From Octopus bimaculoides (Eukaryota), in assembly GCF_001194135.2 (NCBI RefSeq), contig NC_068986.1, positions 111,459,560-111,523,559 of the forward strand: a DNA stretch of 64,000 nucleotides, read 5' to 3'. This document shows, in pieces, positions 1 to 13,262 of the stretch. The stretch's first letter is position 1, and each line of letters starts with the position of its first letter. The notes below the pieces were generated by a model. It was not told the origin of the DNA. It saw only the letters and a program-made list of their open reading frames with translations, and did no database searches. Position numbers and translations under genes: made by a program.

Positions 1-40
<40 letters not shown>

Positions 41-1917
41 CTATCAGAGCTATCATTTTTGGTCAATGAGTCTATTCGTTTACTTGCTAGTTCCTTCGGA
101 ATCAATCTCATCACAAGTTAATATAATGTGTTATTTGCTAAGACGGAATGAACTCTAACTCATTATTGTCCCAGCTGTCATCGCTTATGTACTACATTAG
201 TGAAAATTTACTCGGTAATCTGTAAGCAACCGCTTTGCCAAAATGCATAATACTAAATAGCAATAAATAGGCCATGGTTTCAGTTTCTGTTTAAAAAATT
301 CTTCAACAGTTCAGTGTGGCTATTCAAGAAATAATAAAATTTTACAAGCAAATCATTTCCACTCCAAACATTCCAGGGAAGAACCACCCTCTACATAATT
401 TCTCTCTCGTATAAATGTGAGAAGTACAGCGCTATCAGACGAAATATTTTCACACATTATGCACCACAAAATAAGCCAGGATATAGCATGAACACCAAAT
501 ATTATGACGACTTTTATAAAAGTATATAGGCTTATGTCTATGGAAAAACATAAGCATAAAAAGCTAAATATAATTAATTGTAAAAATTACATGAAACGCA
601 TTGTACACAAAATACTTAAAAGAAACACTTTATACACAAAATAAATAAAAATTAATAAACTGGCAAAAGAAAACTTTTTCAACTCAATCTCGTAAATCTA
701 TGGCAAATATTGTTACTTGTCTATTGGTAATCTAAAGAGTGTAGTGTTATATGTTGGCAAATATCTAAAGAGCTAAATTGGGAACAATTAATAAGAAAGT
801 TATTAGCATTGGATGGAGGAGTTGGCAAATCCATAAACAAGTAATTTGATATTTTTCTATCGNNNNNNNNNNNNNNNNNNNNNNNNNNNNNNNNNNNNNN
901 NNNNNNNNNNNNNNNNNNNNNNNNNNNNNNNNNNNNNNNNNNNNNNNNNNNNNNNNNNNNNNNNNNNNNNNNNNNNNNNNNNNNNNNNNNNNNNNNNNNN
1001 NNNNNNNNNNNNNNNNNNNNNNNNNNNNNNNNNNNNNNNNNNNNNNNNNNNNNNNNNNNNNNNNNNNNNNNNNNNNNNNNNNNNNNNNNNNNNNNNNNNN
1101 NNNNNNNNNNNNNNNNNNNNNNNNNNNNNNNNNNNNNNNNNNNNNNNNNNNNNNNNNNNNNNNNNNNNNNNNNNNNNNNNNNNNNNNNNNNNNNNNNNNN
1201 NNNNNNNNNNNNNNNNNNNNNNNNNNNNNNNNNNNNNNNATATATATATATATATATATATATATATACGTATATATATAGTTTGAAGAAGAGAAGAAAG
1301 CAAGTTGCACCGGCGACCGATAAACGTGTTGCAGAAAATATCTATACAAAAGAAGGCAAAAACGAAAAGAAAAAAAAAGTATAATGTCTCGCCAAGTAAA
1401 TGTCCGTCATACTTTTCTAATATCTCACATACTCTGTGAACTTTTCTTGCACTACCAATGGCCATTTTTAGCTTTTTCTATGCACATACGTAAATTTATA
1501 CACGCACACAAACGCACAAACACACATGTATACACACACACACGCACACACACACTGGCGCATATATATATTGACATGCCCTTCAGTGCAGACGTATATA
1601 GCTCTGCCTTCATTCATGTTCGATATATATGTGTATGCTTGTATTTGTATACATATATTGCCAACACTGTTTTTATCATCTTTGTGTATTGAAAAATGAA
1701 GCTGATGTCTTTATATAGACAAATATACGTGTGCACATTACAGGCATACATACACTTGCACATGTACACGTACACTCACATATTATACATAGCACAGGAT
1801 ATTTTTAAATCACTTGGTGCAATGTCTTACACTATCTGTTTCAGTCCTCTGTACTTTTCGTTTAAATCCCATTCCTTTTGAGTAAGTGTGTATATATGTA
1901 TATATTAGTAAGTATGT

Positions 1918-2880
1918 CATTATTCAGTTTAGTTCAAGACTTCTGGCCAATAGAGAAAGAACCGGTCTCTAACCTAGATCCAAGGCTCCTTCAATTTCAA
2001 CATCAACGATTTCTATGTTTTATCTAAGCATGGCCATGCTTATAGTTACATAACTAGACATGCTCATATATATCTAAATGATAAACTTCTGGAAAGTTTT
2101 ACAGATATTCACAGTTCCAGGGATGGATTGGATCTGTAGTCGTCGAATTAGCTCTGTCGCTTCTGCTTTTGAGAAGCATAATTTATCAAGATTGGTATTT
2201 AGGCAGTGTTTTAAATATCTCAGGGCAGAAATAATTACAGGTATAAACCTGGGCTTGTAATCTGGATAAAGTATCTGCAGATTCCCCAATAGTTCAGCAT
2301 ATGTGTTCTCTTTTTCACTGATATTCAGTTTTATGTTAACATCCATGTATGAATGTATGAGTCCGTGTGCTTCGATCTCCGCCATAAACAACCTTTCGAA
2401 TCAGTATTTAAAAACATGTATGATGGCCGTAATCTCTGCCGCGACGAATAAGCTGTGATTAAGCTTCTGACAAAGAAACCTGAAATCCCATATGGACTCG
2501 TTTGAACATACGGAGCACGATGGCTCTGATCCGTTCCAGTTTTCACGTTGTTTAATTCCGAGTTTACGCCTCAATTATCCTGACCAGCGCTTCTGTTTGT
2601 AAATAAATATAAAGAGACCGATAATTATGAAACTTCTTAGTGTACAAGGATTTCCTATATTATTATTATTTGTTTGGCATTGTATTCTTATGGAATCACT
2701 GATTTCCCACATCAGTAAGGCTCGATTCATATCTAAGAGTATTCCGTCAAATTCTATATAAATTGTCAGAGCAACGAATGAATCCTTGTTAGGTAGTATA
2801 ACCTGAGGCACGTATCTATAGATGGATATTCGCTGTATTTCTCACGACGTCGTCCATTGATTTCACCACATAAGTTTTAA
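1918..2880 (-). mobile_element. 3' fragment of an RLE-type (R2 superfamily) non-LTR retrotransposon: endonuclease C-terminus plus 3'UTR
   Basis: ORF 2074-2391 (...NISEKENTYAELLGNLQILYPDYKPRFIPVIISAL...GTVNICKTF) resembles the restriction-like endonuclease C-terminus. The upstream frame has ILPNKDSFVALTIY (RHD-type motif) and IWDF. The minus strand ends ...AAACTGAATAAT at about 1918. Confidence 0.7.
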
Positions 2881-4099
2881 TAATTGAAACACACGACTTC
2901 AATTGAAGTAGGCCTATGATAAGAGACAATTGACCAATGTGTCAAGAAGTAGGAAGGAATAGAACACTCTTTGTTGTGAATGGAGCGTCTTAATTTCAAG
3001 ATAATATAGTAAGTACTGCCACGAGACCCAGCATTCAGCTCCCATTAACCATTTCCCATGTTAAATATGTGATTCGTCTCACAATATTTCCTCGAAAAGG
3101 AACACAAGATACTTTCGTAAGTTTTCACATTTACTGCTGAATGGCCCTGGAAATGAAATCCAATCTTGCCTGGAACACACAAACCATAACGCTACGCCCC
3201 TTCACCACGGAATTATCTAGCTGTTTTCTTTTCTCCTTAAATATATGAGTAAAACAAAGAGTTATGATGGATATGTTCTTTCTTGCAAAGTGTGAATAGA
3301 AGACATATATCTCTCAAATCACATCCTCTGTTAAAAATGCCAAAACGAGTTTTATCAAAATTCTAATGAGACAGCTACCTTTGGAGTAAAACATTTGAAA
3401 CGAGGGAGACCAGTTTACTTTACACTTCAAGAACAAGGAGTTAATCTCACCAAAACCACTCCGCACTTGCTTAAAAAAAGAAAGCAACACATCTCCGATA
3501 ATTACGTTCTCGATGCACTCTGTCTGAAAGGAATATCAACTGATCATTATTAAATTGTCGATCACAGCTGATTTGTGGCTTTAAAAAACCACAGCAAATC
3601 AATAACATTGGATTAAAGGTGTCATTTTCCGAAGAATTGAATATCAATTTTGGCAAATTAAAAGAAACATAAATTCCAATTTTCAAGGAAGAAAACGAAG
3701 TTTTAATAATCTGGAGACCGTGTGCGTATGAGTTAAGATTTCAATAAGGAAGTGGGGTATAGGGGATGGAGAAATAAGGAAGGGAAATAGAGGTGATGGG
3801 GAAAAGTGAATGTAACATTTGCAACTGTAGAGGATGGTTATGTTTTAGTGGCAGATTAAGACTGATATTCAAATCACATCAGCCTCCTTTTGTTTAATGA
3901 CATGAAATGTTACAGAATATATTCCGAATAGTTCATGTATTTTGTGCGACAGTATAAGAATGATCTGTTGAAATGTATTTAGCTCCTATTTCTTGCAAGT
4001 AGAGAAGTCACTAACTCGTGGCTCTTTTACAATGTCATTGCTAGATTAGTTTATGGTATTGTTGATGCTGAAGTTGTACCATATAGCACGTTTAACTGG

Positions 4100-4360
4100 T
4101 TAATCACACTGTCATATAGTGAGAGATTTACCATCGCGGAGAAAGAGTTTTTTGTAGATTTCATTTTCAGTAAGGTTTATGAATGATTACAATATCCAAC
4201 GAATCTGTAATTTTAGAATGTGAAGATTTTGGAATATACTCGTTGTATTCTAAGGTACGTCCAACTCTGCCAATGTGATCATCTTGCGATAATCTGGTAA
4301 TCTATCTTGCAACGCAGATAATTATATGGAGAGTTTATTTACGCCAATATATAGGGTGGG
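4100..4360 (-). mobile_element. possible highly decayed Penelope-like GIY-YIG remnant
   Basis: Minus-strand translation gives ...HIGRVGRTL... (about 4251-4277), resembling YIGxTGRTL. Stops lie nearby and there is little other support. Confidence 0.25.
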
Positions 4361-4415
4361 GCGGTTGTATTTTGCAAATATCTTGCTGTCTCTGTACTTA
4401 AATATTTATACACCT

Positions 4416-4417
<2 letters not shown>

Positions 4418-4478
<61 letters not shown>
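4418..4478. repeat. (CA)n microsatellite
   Basis: Perfect CA run read directly. Confidence 0.98.
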
Positions 4479-4479
<1 letters not shown>

Positions 4480-5540
4480 TTGTACTCCCTAAGTATAACA
4501 AGCCTAGTTATGGGAAATTTCTTTCCCCTCACATATTGCATTACTATTGAAGAAACTAACTACTTCACTGAATATCTAGCATTGCATCTTTTAATTGAAT
4601 CCATAAGCGTAACATATCAGAAGCTGAAATTCTGTGAAAACTCTCGCACGGCATATTTGAAATCGTTCCTATTTGTTCTCAGTCTTTCTTAACAAATTCT
4701 ATGACTTCAAGTCAATTCCAGGTCATTTCGTTATACGACAAAGGCAGCATTACTTACAGGTAAACTCAACACAATAGAAACTTGATTGAGCTCTATTGCT
4801 GAAGTCTGCTTTCAGGCGCAACATAATTCCTATGATGTCTAACAGAATATCTGTATCACAATCCGCCATCGTTTAACGAATTGTAAATTTGTATTTACTT
4901 TGAATGTCCATGAAAAGGACGGTAAGTATTTTTAGAAATATCATACGAAATATATATAAAATCCATTTTGTGGAAATCTCTTCTCTTGGGATTAATGTTC
5001 TCAATTATATTAATTCAGTCTAGTGATGCAGAAAATATGAACATCAAAAATGATGACAAGTCAAGAATTTCCCGTTTGCTTCACATCTGAATTAGACATT
5101 TTGAAACCCTTCAATGAATGTTATAAATACAAATTTTGCATTGTTAACAAATTGTTTGTTTCATATATTTAATAGGGAGAATCTTCATCCCCGTACAAAT
5201 CTAATGGTTTCTGAATGTTTGACGAATATTCAACGTCACGAGTACTTCCTGTTATTATCAGAAACACTATTCTAAAGCAGGGAAGGAATAGCTGACCTGG
5301 TAAGTGTAAACATATTTCGATAATGGTTTTGACGTGCGCAACTCTTAAGGAGAGACGTGAGAAAATTGAGTTGTGATTCGATGCGAGAGAGTAATAATTG
5401 CTGCGACAAACTGTTGATGTAAAAGTGAATTAAATAATTTAAAATTTCCTTCGTTTTAATAAAAGCAATAAAAAAATGGATAATGCTAATACTAATACAA
5501 CTACTACTACTACTACTAATAATAATAATGAATAAAAAAA

Positions 5541-6237
5541 GGCCGAGAGCTCATACCGGCAGCGCAAGACCAAGTTTTGGCCACGAACTGGAGGGTCGAA
5601 CTTAGGAATGAGCAAGTGTTTCCCCTGTGCCGCATCTGCAATTGAGGAGAAAATCATTGCCCATATCATGAACGGATGCCCTAGGCATTCCCCAAATCAC
5701 TACAAGTTGTGGCGATAGGACCAGGTAGCGAAAATACTATACTAGAAACTGTGCAAAAAGTGAGGGCTAGAGAGAAGCACGACGTGGTATGAGCACAAAC
5801 CGCAGAGTGGCACAGTATATCCACTGGGTAATTTGGAAAGACCTGGAGCTGATTGGAAAGCAAATTACCTCCAGTGCTTAAAAATGATTACGTCACTGCT
5901 TTGGACCTTTACTGTTCAAGCTAACGGAATGATAGATGCAAATAAGCCAGGCATTATACTGAAGGATTTTCCACTAAATTCATGCTTCCTCATCGATATA
6001 AATGTCCCACTTGACATACTTGTATCTGTCAAGACTTACCAAAAACTGAGCAAATTCAAAGACCTGGAAATAGAAACTGAGAAAGATGAGGAATAACAAG
6101 ACTAAAACGATAGGAATGGTAGCAAAAGGGGATCATTGCTACCTCTCTCAGATATGTGGAAATTTAAAACCGGAAGAAATTAAAAATATAATGCTCATAG
6201 AACTACTCATATCCTACGAAAGCTATTGTGTTTGTAA
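5541..6237 (+). mobile_element. 5'-truncated R4/Dong-type non-LTR retrotransposon (zinc knuckle + RLE), decayed
   Basis: Frameshifted translation gives AAQDQ, CRIC..E.I.HI..GC, WYEHKP, LWTF.VQ, ANKPGI, CFLID and a final HILRKLL*. It is preceded by (TAC/TAA)n at about 5500-5530. Confidence 0.85.
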
Positions 6238-6559
6238 TCCGCAAAACATTTTAATCTGTAAATATTGCTAAAAGTACTTTTAAATGTACGTAATAACAAA
6301 TAACTTTTGCTGCCATCTTCAGATCACACAATCATCATATAATCAAATTACTTTGAAAGCAAACTTCTAATTATCTCATTTTGACAAACATTATCTTGAA
6401 CAATACTTTGTGAACAACAAAACATATGGCACCCTAGTTATAACACCAATTTTAAATTCTAAAATGTTCTCTCTTGAAATCTCTGGATGAGACTTGTAGT
6501 CAACTTGTAGAAAAAAGAAAAGCAAAAACAAAACATACAATAAAAATAACAACAATTGT

Positions 6560-6740
6560 GTCTCAAGGTCAGCAATTTAAAAATTAGTCGATTATATAGA
6601 CCCTAGTTCTCAACTGTTACGCTTTTTAGCCATCCTAAATAATAAAACACAAATTTGACCTCACCAAAGTTTGAACTCAGAACGTTAGATGTTGGAATTT
6701 TTCCCGTAGCGGTAACGTTTCTGCCCGCGAGCAGCCTTAG
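6560..6740 (-). mobile_element. tRNA-derived SINE family A copy (degenerate)
   Basis: The reverse complement aligns by eye to 11441-11646 and 22746-22959 (GGCAGAAACGTTA...ACGTTCTGAGTTCAAA...GGTCAAATTTG...GGGTCTATATAATCGAC). Confidence 0.75.
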
Positions 6741-6799
6741 TAAGAAGCTAAATAACGGTTTCAAATTTTGGCATTGGATCAACAATGCTGAGGAGTCTG

Positions 6800-6955
6800 T
6801 AAATCCATTATATCGACTGCGGTACTCGATTGGTAAATTTTTATGTACCGTAAAATTATGAGAGTCAAAGTCGAAATCAATCCCTTTCTACTCAGAATGT
6901 AAATCATCGAAAGGCAAGCTCAGTATGGTAACGATTGTGCCACCTAGCAGCACTA
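6800..6955 (-). mobile_element. SINE family A copy (highly degenerate)
   Basis: The reverse complement retains GGCACAATCGTTA, CTGAGT, GACTTTG, ACCAATCGAGTAC and GTCGATAT blocks. Confidence 0.55.
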
Positions 6956-7265
6956 ATAATGATAAGAGAAACATTAGACGTATGCTAGGCATCAGTACAA
7001 ACGCTGCCAATACATAAGGGCATCTGTCAGTGAGGATGTAGAGTGCGCTAAAATTAGGTGATCAGGCAATTCCGGCGCCTATGATAAACAGGTCTTGCCT
7101 GCTACGATATACGTCTGCGCTTTAATGTTACAAGCGTCCATATAAAAGACATGCTGAGGTGAATGCCGCAATATTCGGCGTTCTAAATTAATATCCACGC
7201 AAAGTTGGACAAGCGCTATATCGTTATCAACGTCGTGGTATACCAGCAAATAGGCCTTACATGAC

Positions 7266-7332
7266 ATATGGCGTAGTGGTTAAGAGCACAGGTTACTAAC
7301 CCCGAGATTCCGAGTTCGAATCCAGGCAGTGA

Positions 7333-7364
<32 letters not shown>

Positions 7365-7506
7365 TCGAAAAAAACCTTAGGAATGAAAACCCAGGTTCGA
7401 AATTTCCCCATTACACTTGATGAAGGCTGGTGGGTATATCAGCCGAAACGTTATGTTAACAACAAACAAGATGTGGGCAAATATCCATCAAATGTAAATA
7501 ATGTAA
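7266..7506 (+). mobile_element. tRNA-headed SINE with internal (AAT)n and a hammerhead-like 3' module (copy 1)
   Basis: A box TGGCGTAGTGG 7269-7279, B box GAGTTCGAATCC 7312-7323, (AAT)n 7337-7363, hammerhead-like motif 7413-7456. Colinear with 21755-22038. Confidence 0.9.
7413..7456 (+). ncRNA. minimal type I hammerhead ribozyme-like motif (mutated copy)
   Basis: ACAC-TTGATGA-A-GGCTG-loop-CAGCC-GAAAC-GTT-ATGT. Stem II GGCTG/CAGCC is perfect; C3 is replaced by T. Confidence 0.6.
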
Positions 7507-9958
7507 GTAATGTAGGATAAAATGTATATAAGAATTTATCAAGTAGTCAGCATGAAAGGCCATATAAGTGAAACATTTATAATTCTTCCTTTTAAATACA
7601 TTTGTTATATTAAGGTCATTACAACACGCAAATGCCTCAGTATACCGACAACGAGGCAATGCAACTTGGAAGCCCTCCCTTAAACACATTATTATGGTAG
7701 TTTGTCCCTCATAGCGTGAGACATTTACATGTAGTAATGCCCTTAATATTATAAATACATAAATAAATATAGACATACACTACTGATTCGAATCATCCCC
7801 AGTTCGACTCAGATACGTGGTGTTGATAAGCCGCAAAAATGGCGAAATAGTGATTACTATTTGTTTTTTTTTTGTTGGTACAGGCATATTTCCAAGATTA
7901 CTAGATTCAAAGTGTTTTTGATTTCATATTTTCAAGACATTGGGATGACTTATGAGGGAGGATTATGAACTAATGCTAAAAGAGAAATTGGTCCGATAAA
8001 GGGTCGCTTTTCTAGTCACGATTACGTTGTTTGAAACAAAGGAATCGAGAGAGAAATGCATGGTTATGTCCCTATTCACAACAGCGAGTTCAGCCCATTG
8101 AATATTCATCCAATACACAACCAAATCGTTTTAGCTGTATTTGTTGAATGACTCACCGTTTTAATCACTGCTAAACAGATAACTATTTCACCGTCTCTAG
8201 TCAGTGAGTTCAGATCTACGCTACAAGCCATTCACGTTTAAGAGTGCATCTGTAGATCGCCAAGTCACCAACATCAGTGAAAGGAATATTGAATATACAA
8301 AACATCGCATCTACACAAACATACCACACATGCACATTCACACTTACCGGACTACCTCACTTACACACATCTCCACACTACTCTCTCCAGATTTGTCTGT
8401 TTATATATACCTTGCTAAATATAGAAGAAAACTTTTGACAAATAGGAAATAAACAGAGAATGAAGAAACATTTTAGCTTCCCACTCATACACTTACATGT
8501 CTATTTTCTGTCTCTTAATGTTTGAAATACCTTTCTTAATCCCTAAAGCGAACGGAGCCAAATAGGCAAATACCCAAAGACTCGTTGGCAGCGACACAAC
8601 ATTAGACTATAGTTAGATTTTTAGTTGATAGAAAGAGCAGATAATTCGTGCTTGCCTCAAATAATGTAACTTGTCAAAACAAAGTTGTTTCTGCCATAAC
8701 ATCAGTAACCTTTCTTCATAGCAGATTATTTTCGGCCTAATTTACTTGGAGTCAGATTGAAATATAAATGATTTTAATAGACGATTGTATTTGCTTAAAC
8801 ATTTATTCACATATTCTTTCTATTATTAGGATTTTCCCTTGTACGTCAGTGACTAAATTGTATCTTCCTTTATGTGTTGATGGACTCTTTTAATTGATTT
8901 TCATTTGAGGATAATAGTTTTTTTATTATTTTTCTCCCAAGTGTCTCTTTTATCAATCATAACTGTCATTTATTACATTTAAATATATATCACAATTCGT
9001 ATTTCACACTTCACTATAGAAAATCACATACCGATTGTCACGCATATATAAACGCGCTCAAATCTTACGTACGCTCGTACACACAAACGCACACTTACAC
9101 AAACACGAACGCACACTTTCCTAAGAACGAAAGGAGTGTCATATTAACCGCCAGTGAGCTCTCAATAACAAACGCCTAAAACTACACACACACACACACA
9201 CACACACACAGATACGCACACATACTCACACATACATATGCGCACAAATACATATATACATACGTATTGGTAAGCATTTAAACAGGCGTGCACATACATA
9301 GAATGAAGTTCACACGCATTAATGCACATAGCTATGGAAATGCATCTTATATGAAAAATTTCTTTCACATAGAAATCTTAATTTATCATTTTCTAATTTA
9401 CTCAGAGGAACAAGTTGATTAATTTGCCGTTGCTATTAGATTGGGAATATCAATATGAGTGGTGTTTATTATGAAAATCCGAGCTAATTGACTTAAGTAG
9501 AATTGTTTCAAGTATGTGCATCCAGTTGGATATAGTTCTGTGAATAAGAGAAGAAGAAACTTGCTTCTTTGAGGTTTCAATGGTGAGGCACACTACGATT
9601 GATGTGAGGAGAAAATAGTCTTCTTTGTTTTTTGGATCTTAACTGGGACAAACCTACTAACTTCAAAGAACCTCTAGGAATTGAGGGAACTGCATGATTA
9701 GCAGAGAAGAAATAAAACACGCAAAATGCGTGCTCGGTCGGTGTGTGTCTTTGCGTGAAATGAAATGATGCATTCTGTATGGATTCGATCTCGAAAATTT
9801 GTGTCCCATCAGTTGCAGCGTCATCCCTAATGTATGTTGTTCCCCAGAATTAATAACACCCTCTTTCTAGAATGCTCACAACACAACAGAAACGACTAAA
9901 CTCAATGACAAACTTCACGAACTAACTAAACACGAACATACATATGTATGTATATGGT

Positions 9959-10311
9959 GGAGGCGCAATGGTAGAGTGATTAGGTCAGCAGACTCGCGAG
10001 CGTAGGATCGTGGTTTCGATTCCCAGGGCGGACGATGTTTGTGTTTATTGAGCGAACACACTTAAGGCTACACGAAGCTCCGGCAGAGGGCGTTGGCGAA
10101 ACCCGCTGTACTCTTTCACTACAACTCTCTCTCTCTCTCCCTCTTTCTTCCTTGTCACAATCTCTGTCACGCTGATGAACCTCCCTGAGAACTACATCAA
10201 TGGTACACGTATCAGTGTATTAATCAGCCTCTTGCACGTTAATTTCACGAGCAGGCTGTTCCATTGATCGGATCAACAGGAATCCTCGTCGTCGCAACCG
10301 ACAGAGTGCCA
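9959..10311 (+). mobile_element. tRNA-derived SINE family C, near full length, with an RTE-like 3' tail
   Basis: The head GGAGGCGCAATGGTAGAGTG...GGTTTCGATTCC carries A/B boxes. The 3' end GCACGTTAATTTCACGAGCAGGCTGTTCCATTGATCGGATCAAC...GAGTGCCA resembles RTE-type tails (recognition, not alignment). Confidence 0.75.
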
Positions 10312-10327
10312 TATATATATAAGCAAA

Positions 10328-10700
10328 AATTTAGATTTAGATGAATACGATACTTAAGTTGAGGCACCAGAATTTAGTACGCTATTATTCATACAATTTC
10401 AAAATAAGGTGATTAGAATCAAAATAAGCAACAAGGATATCCAGAGGTAATGCAGTACGATCGTTTCACACAACTCCATTTAATTGAACAATGCAACCAT
10501 TACATCAATTTAAATGCAGAGCAATCCTCAGCTGCACAAAGACATAGAATTTAATTAAATTAAAACAGATGGACACATTAGTATACTTTTACCTAAAATC
10601 TCCAAGAAGATAAGGAGATAGACAGAGAACATGCAGTCTTCACTTTCACTTAGAAGCTACGAAATGTACTTGCGACCGTGTTTGCCCTTATTAAAACTAA
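10328..10700. mobile_element. probable interspersed repeat of unknown class
   Basis: Recognised from memory as resembling an abundant cephalopod repeat. There is no second copy in the window and no coding motif. Confidence 0.3.
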
Positions 10701-11440
10701 TGATAATATAAAAAATTTGGACATAGTGAATGTAAAACAGTAATCCAGATAGAGATTGTTGGGATAAAATGATTTTAAAAATAATTTTGAACAGGTGCAA
10801 AGTCTGACGTCAGTTTCGAAAAACTATACGTTGTTATGGGCGAGTTAATTATAATCACAACAATTATCTACATCTTTCACATCAGAGTTAATGTAAGTTA
10901 TTTAGATCTTAAATTTTTTAGCAACATAAGAAATTAAAGAATTTTTAAAATTCGAATGTTGTGTCGGAAAATACTATACAGGCGGATGATGTAATAAGAA
11001 TTAATATTACATGTTTAAATAGATAGTGAAGCTTTGTATATGTATGCATATATTATGCATATATTCATGTTCTTTTATTCCTGTATGTACGCATGTACGA
11101 ATAAGTGTTTCGCTTACATTGTCCTCATAACAGGAAGCAGAGATAGTTATATAGAGAATTAGAATCAGCGGCGTTCAACCTTAGATAAGCTACGATTGCA
11201 CCCTTTTAATTTTTCTTTTTAAGATTTTTGCTTTTGATATTGTTTTGCCAATATGGAGATTCGAAAGTCGATGACTTTTGGTGAGACGTGCGCCTTTAAA
11301 TTCCGTCCTAATGAAATCTGCTTATTCTAGCAATTTACATTGGTACTTTTAACATTCTGTCCTTTCATACCATGAAGGCTGTAGGATAGCTATGTGTGCA
11401 TTATGCAACCACAAAGCTTTTTAGTTTAGAAACTGATAAC

Positions 11441-11646
11441 GGCCGTAAGCTGTAAGAATCCTTATCACGCCGGGCGAAATGCTGAGCGGTATTTCGTCTC
11501 TCGCTACGTTCTGAGCTCACATTCCGTCGAAGTCAACTTTGCCTTTCATCCTTTCGGTGTCGCTGAAATAAGTACCAGTAACGCACTGGGGTCGATATAA
11601 TCAACTACTCCCCCCCCCCATATTTCCCAAGCCTTGTGCCTTGAGT
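11441..11646 (+). mobile_element. SINE family A copy (well preserved)
   Basis: GAATCCTTATCACGCCGGGCGAAATGCTGAGCGG head, B-box-like GAGCTCACATTCC, central GCCTTTCATCCTTTCGGTGTCG...AAGTACCAGT...CTGGGGTCGAT. Confidence 0.9.
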
Positions 11647-12986
11647 AATAATAGTTATGAAGGTAATGCTTTTTAGCTCGGCTGATATTTTCCAGTTTGC
11701 ATCTGTATAATATCCATTGAATGCAGTGATTTATCGAACCATAGATTTGGGGAATTGTTTCATGAACAGGTTCCTTCCGTATGTTTTTTTTTAAATTTTG
11801 ATTCTTAAAGAATGGTTACTCAAGAGCTTTATCTATTTTCTTTATCGGGGAAAGAAATTAGATATCTCAGCATATATTTCTTGGGTATGGACTCTCATCA
11901 GACGACGTTCACATATAAACAATGTTGTTAAACAATTTTTTCCCCTAATGGGAATATCTTCCCGAGTCGCCGTAAATTCCACAAGATATTTACAAAATAC
12001 ATTAAACAACTTCGTGGGTGTGCAAAAGAATGCCTCGAGCTGTCACGAATCACAACACAAATATTTTTGACAAAACTTATAGTCAAGTTAGGTGACGAGC
12101 TATTGGCAAAAATATTATCCCTCTACCGAATGTTCAAAAGCTTAGAAAAAGCCTTTTATTCTTGTCTGCTATCGCCATCTGGTACACATTGACATTTTTC
12201 GTATGATATTTATATTAGCACTGTAATCGCCGATATAGTTATCATCGCCATTGTAACTCTCTAAGGCAGCTTCAAACACATTTGGAAATCGGGAGACACG
12301 ATGATGAGGTCAACTGCTTTACATGGGTTTTTGACAACGCTTGTATTCAAAAATTAATCAAACGTCTACGATGTTTGTCTGAGACGAATGCCATGTTAAT
12401 TCCGATATAAGTATCCATAATAATTAGATTTAGCTGGTTTCTGCATTCACAGTATTAGATATCAGCAATCACTCCTCATCTGTGTCTATGTGCATAAGTG
12501 CCTGTGTTGTGTTACACACACACACGCACACACGCGCCCCCCCCACATATATATATATGTATATATGCATGTAAATATACAGAGAGAGAGAGAGAGAGAG
12601 GGAAAGACAGACAGAGATTTCAGAGATGAGAAGACACATGGTGCTCAAAATATTGAAACTTAGAACGCTTTCTTGAAAAAGACATCTTGTTCTTCTCTAT
12701 TCCTTAGTTCACCACAACATCTAAAATGGATGGGAAAAGGAATAAAAACTTAGAATTAGAAAATATGTAATGAACACTGCGCACTGGACATACACACATA
12801 CATAGTGACCAAAGGGTTGTTGAATAAATTAAAAGATAGATCTGATAAATCAAAATGAAGGTTGAATCTGGACTCAGGAGACAGGTATTGTATAAGAATG
12901 ATGTCTATTTCGTAAAAAAAACCCAAAACCTTGTTATTTGTTTTTTCGTATATTACGATCTTCTTGGAAGTTGCTTATCTTATATA

Positions 12987-13056
12987 TGTGTGTGTGTGTG
13001 TGTGTATGTGTGTCAGTGTGTGCGTGTGTGTGTATGTGTGTGTGTGTGCATGTGTA

Positions 13057-13129
<73 letters not shown>
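12987..13129. repeat. (GT)n microsatellite, imperfect
   Basis: Read directly. Confidence 0.97.
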
Positions 13130-13131
<2 letters not shown>

Positions 13132-13222
13132 CAAGAGTGCTTTACGTTACAAGAGTGAATTTCAGTAAATAAATTTACGTAGCTGAATTCGAAAGCGGTC
13201 GAGAATGAAGAAAAAGAGAGAG

Positions 13223-13262
<40 letters not shown>

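Noticed and set aside
390-800. Possible Penelope remnant (LYVGK motif near 750)
   Set aside because: One short motif in very AT-rich sequence; not enough to support a call.
765-1465. Long ORFs such as 765-1349, 35432-36385, 37408-38847 and 42276-43169
   Set aside because: They are open only because they run through N gaps and (AT)n/(CA)n repeats.
7269-7323. tRNA gene candidates at 7269, 9959, 21758 and about 40015
   Set aside because: A/B boxes are present but there is no complete cloverleaf or acceptor stem, and they continue into SINE bodies.
7990-8115. PIHNSEFSPLN resembling the Tc1-like PxYHCELNPIE motif
   Set aside because: A single weak motif with no flanking DDE context.
10440-10530. 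GAAACGATCGTA on the minus strand as a hammerhead 3' half
   Set aside because: No matching CUGANGA core or stem I partner is identifiable in this copy.
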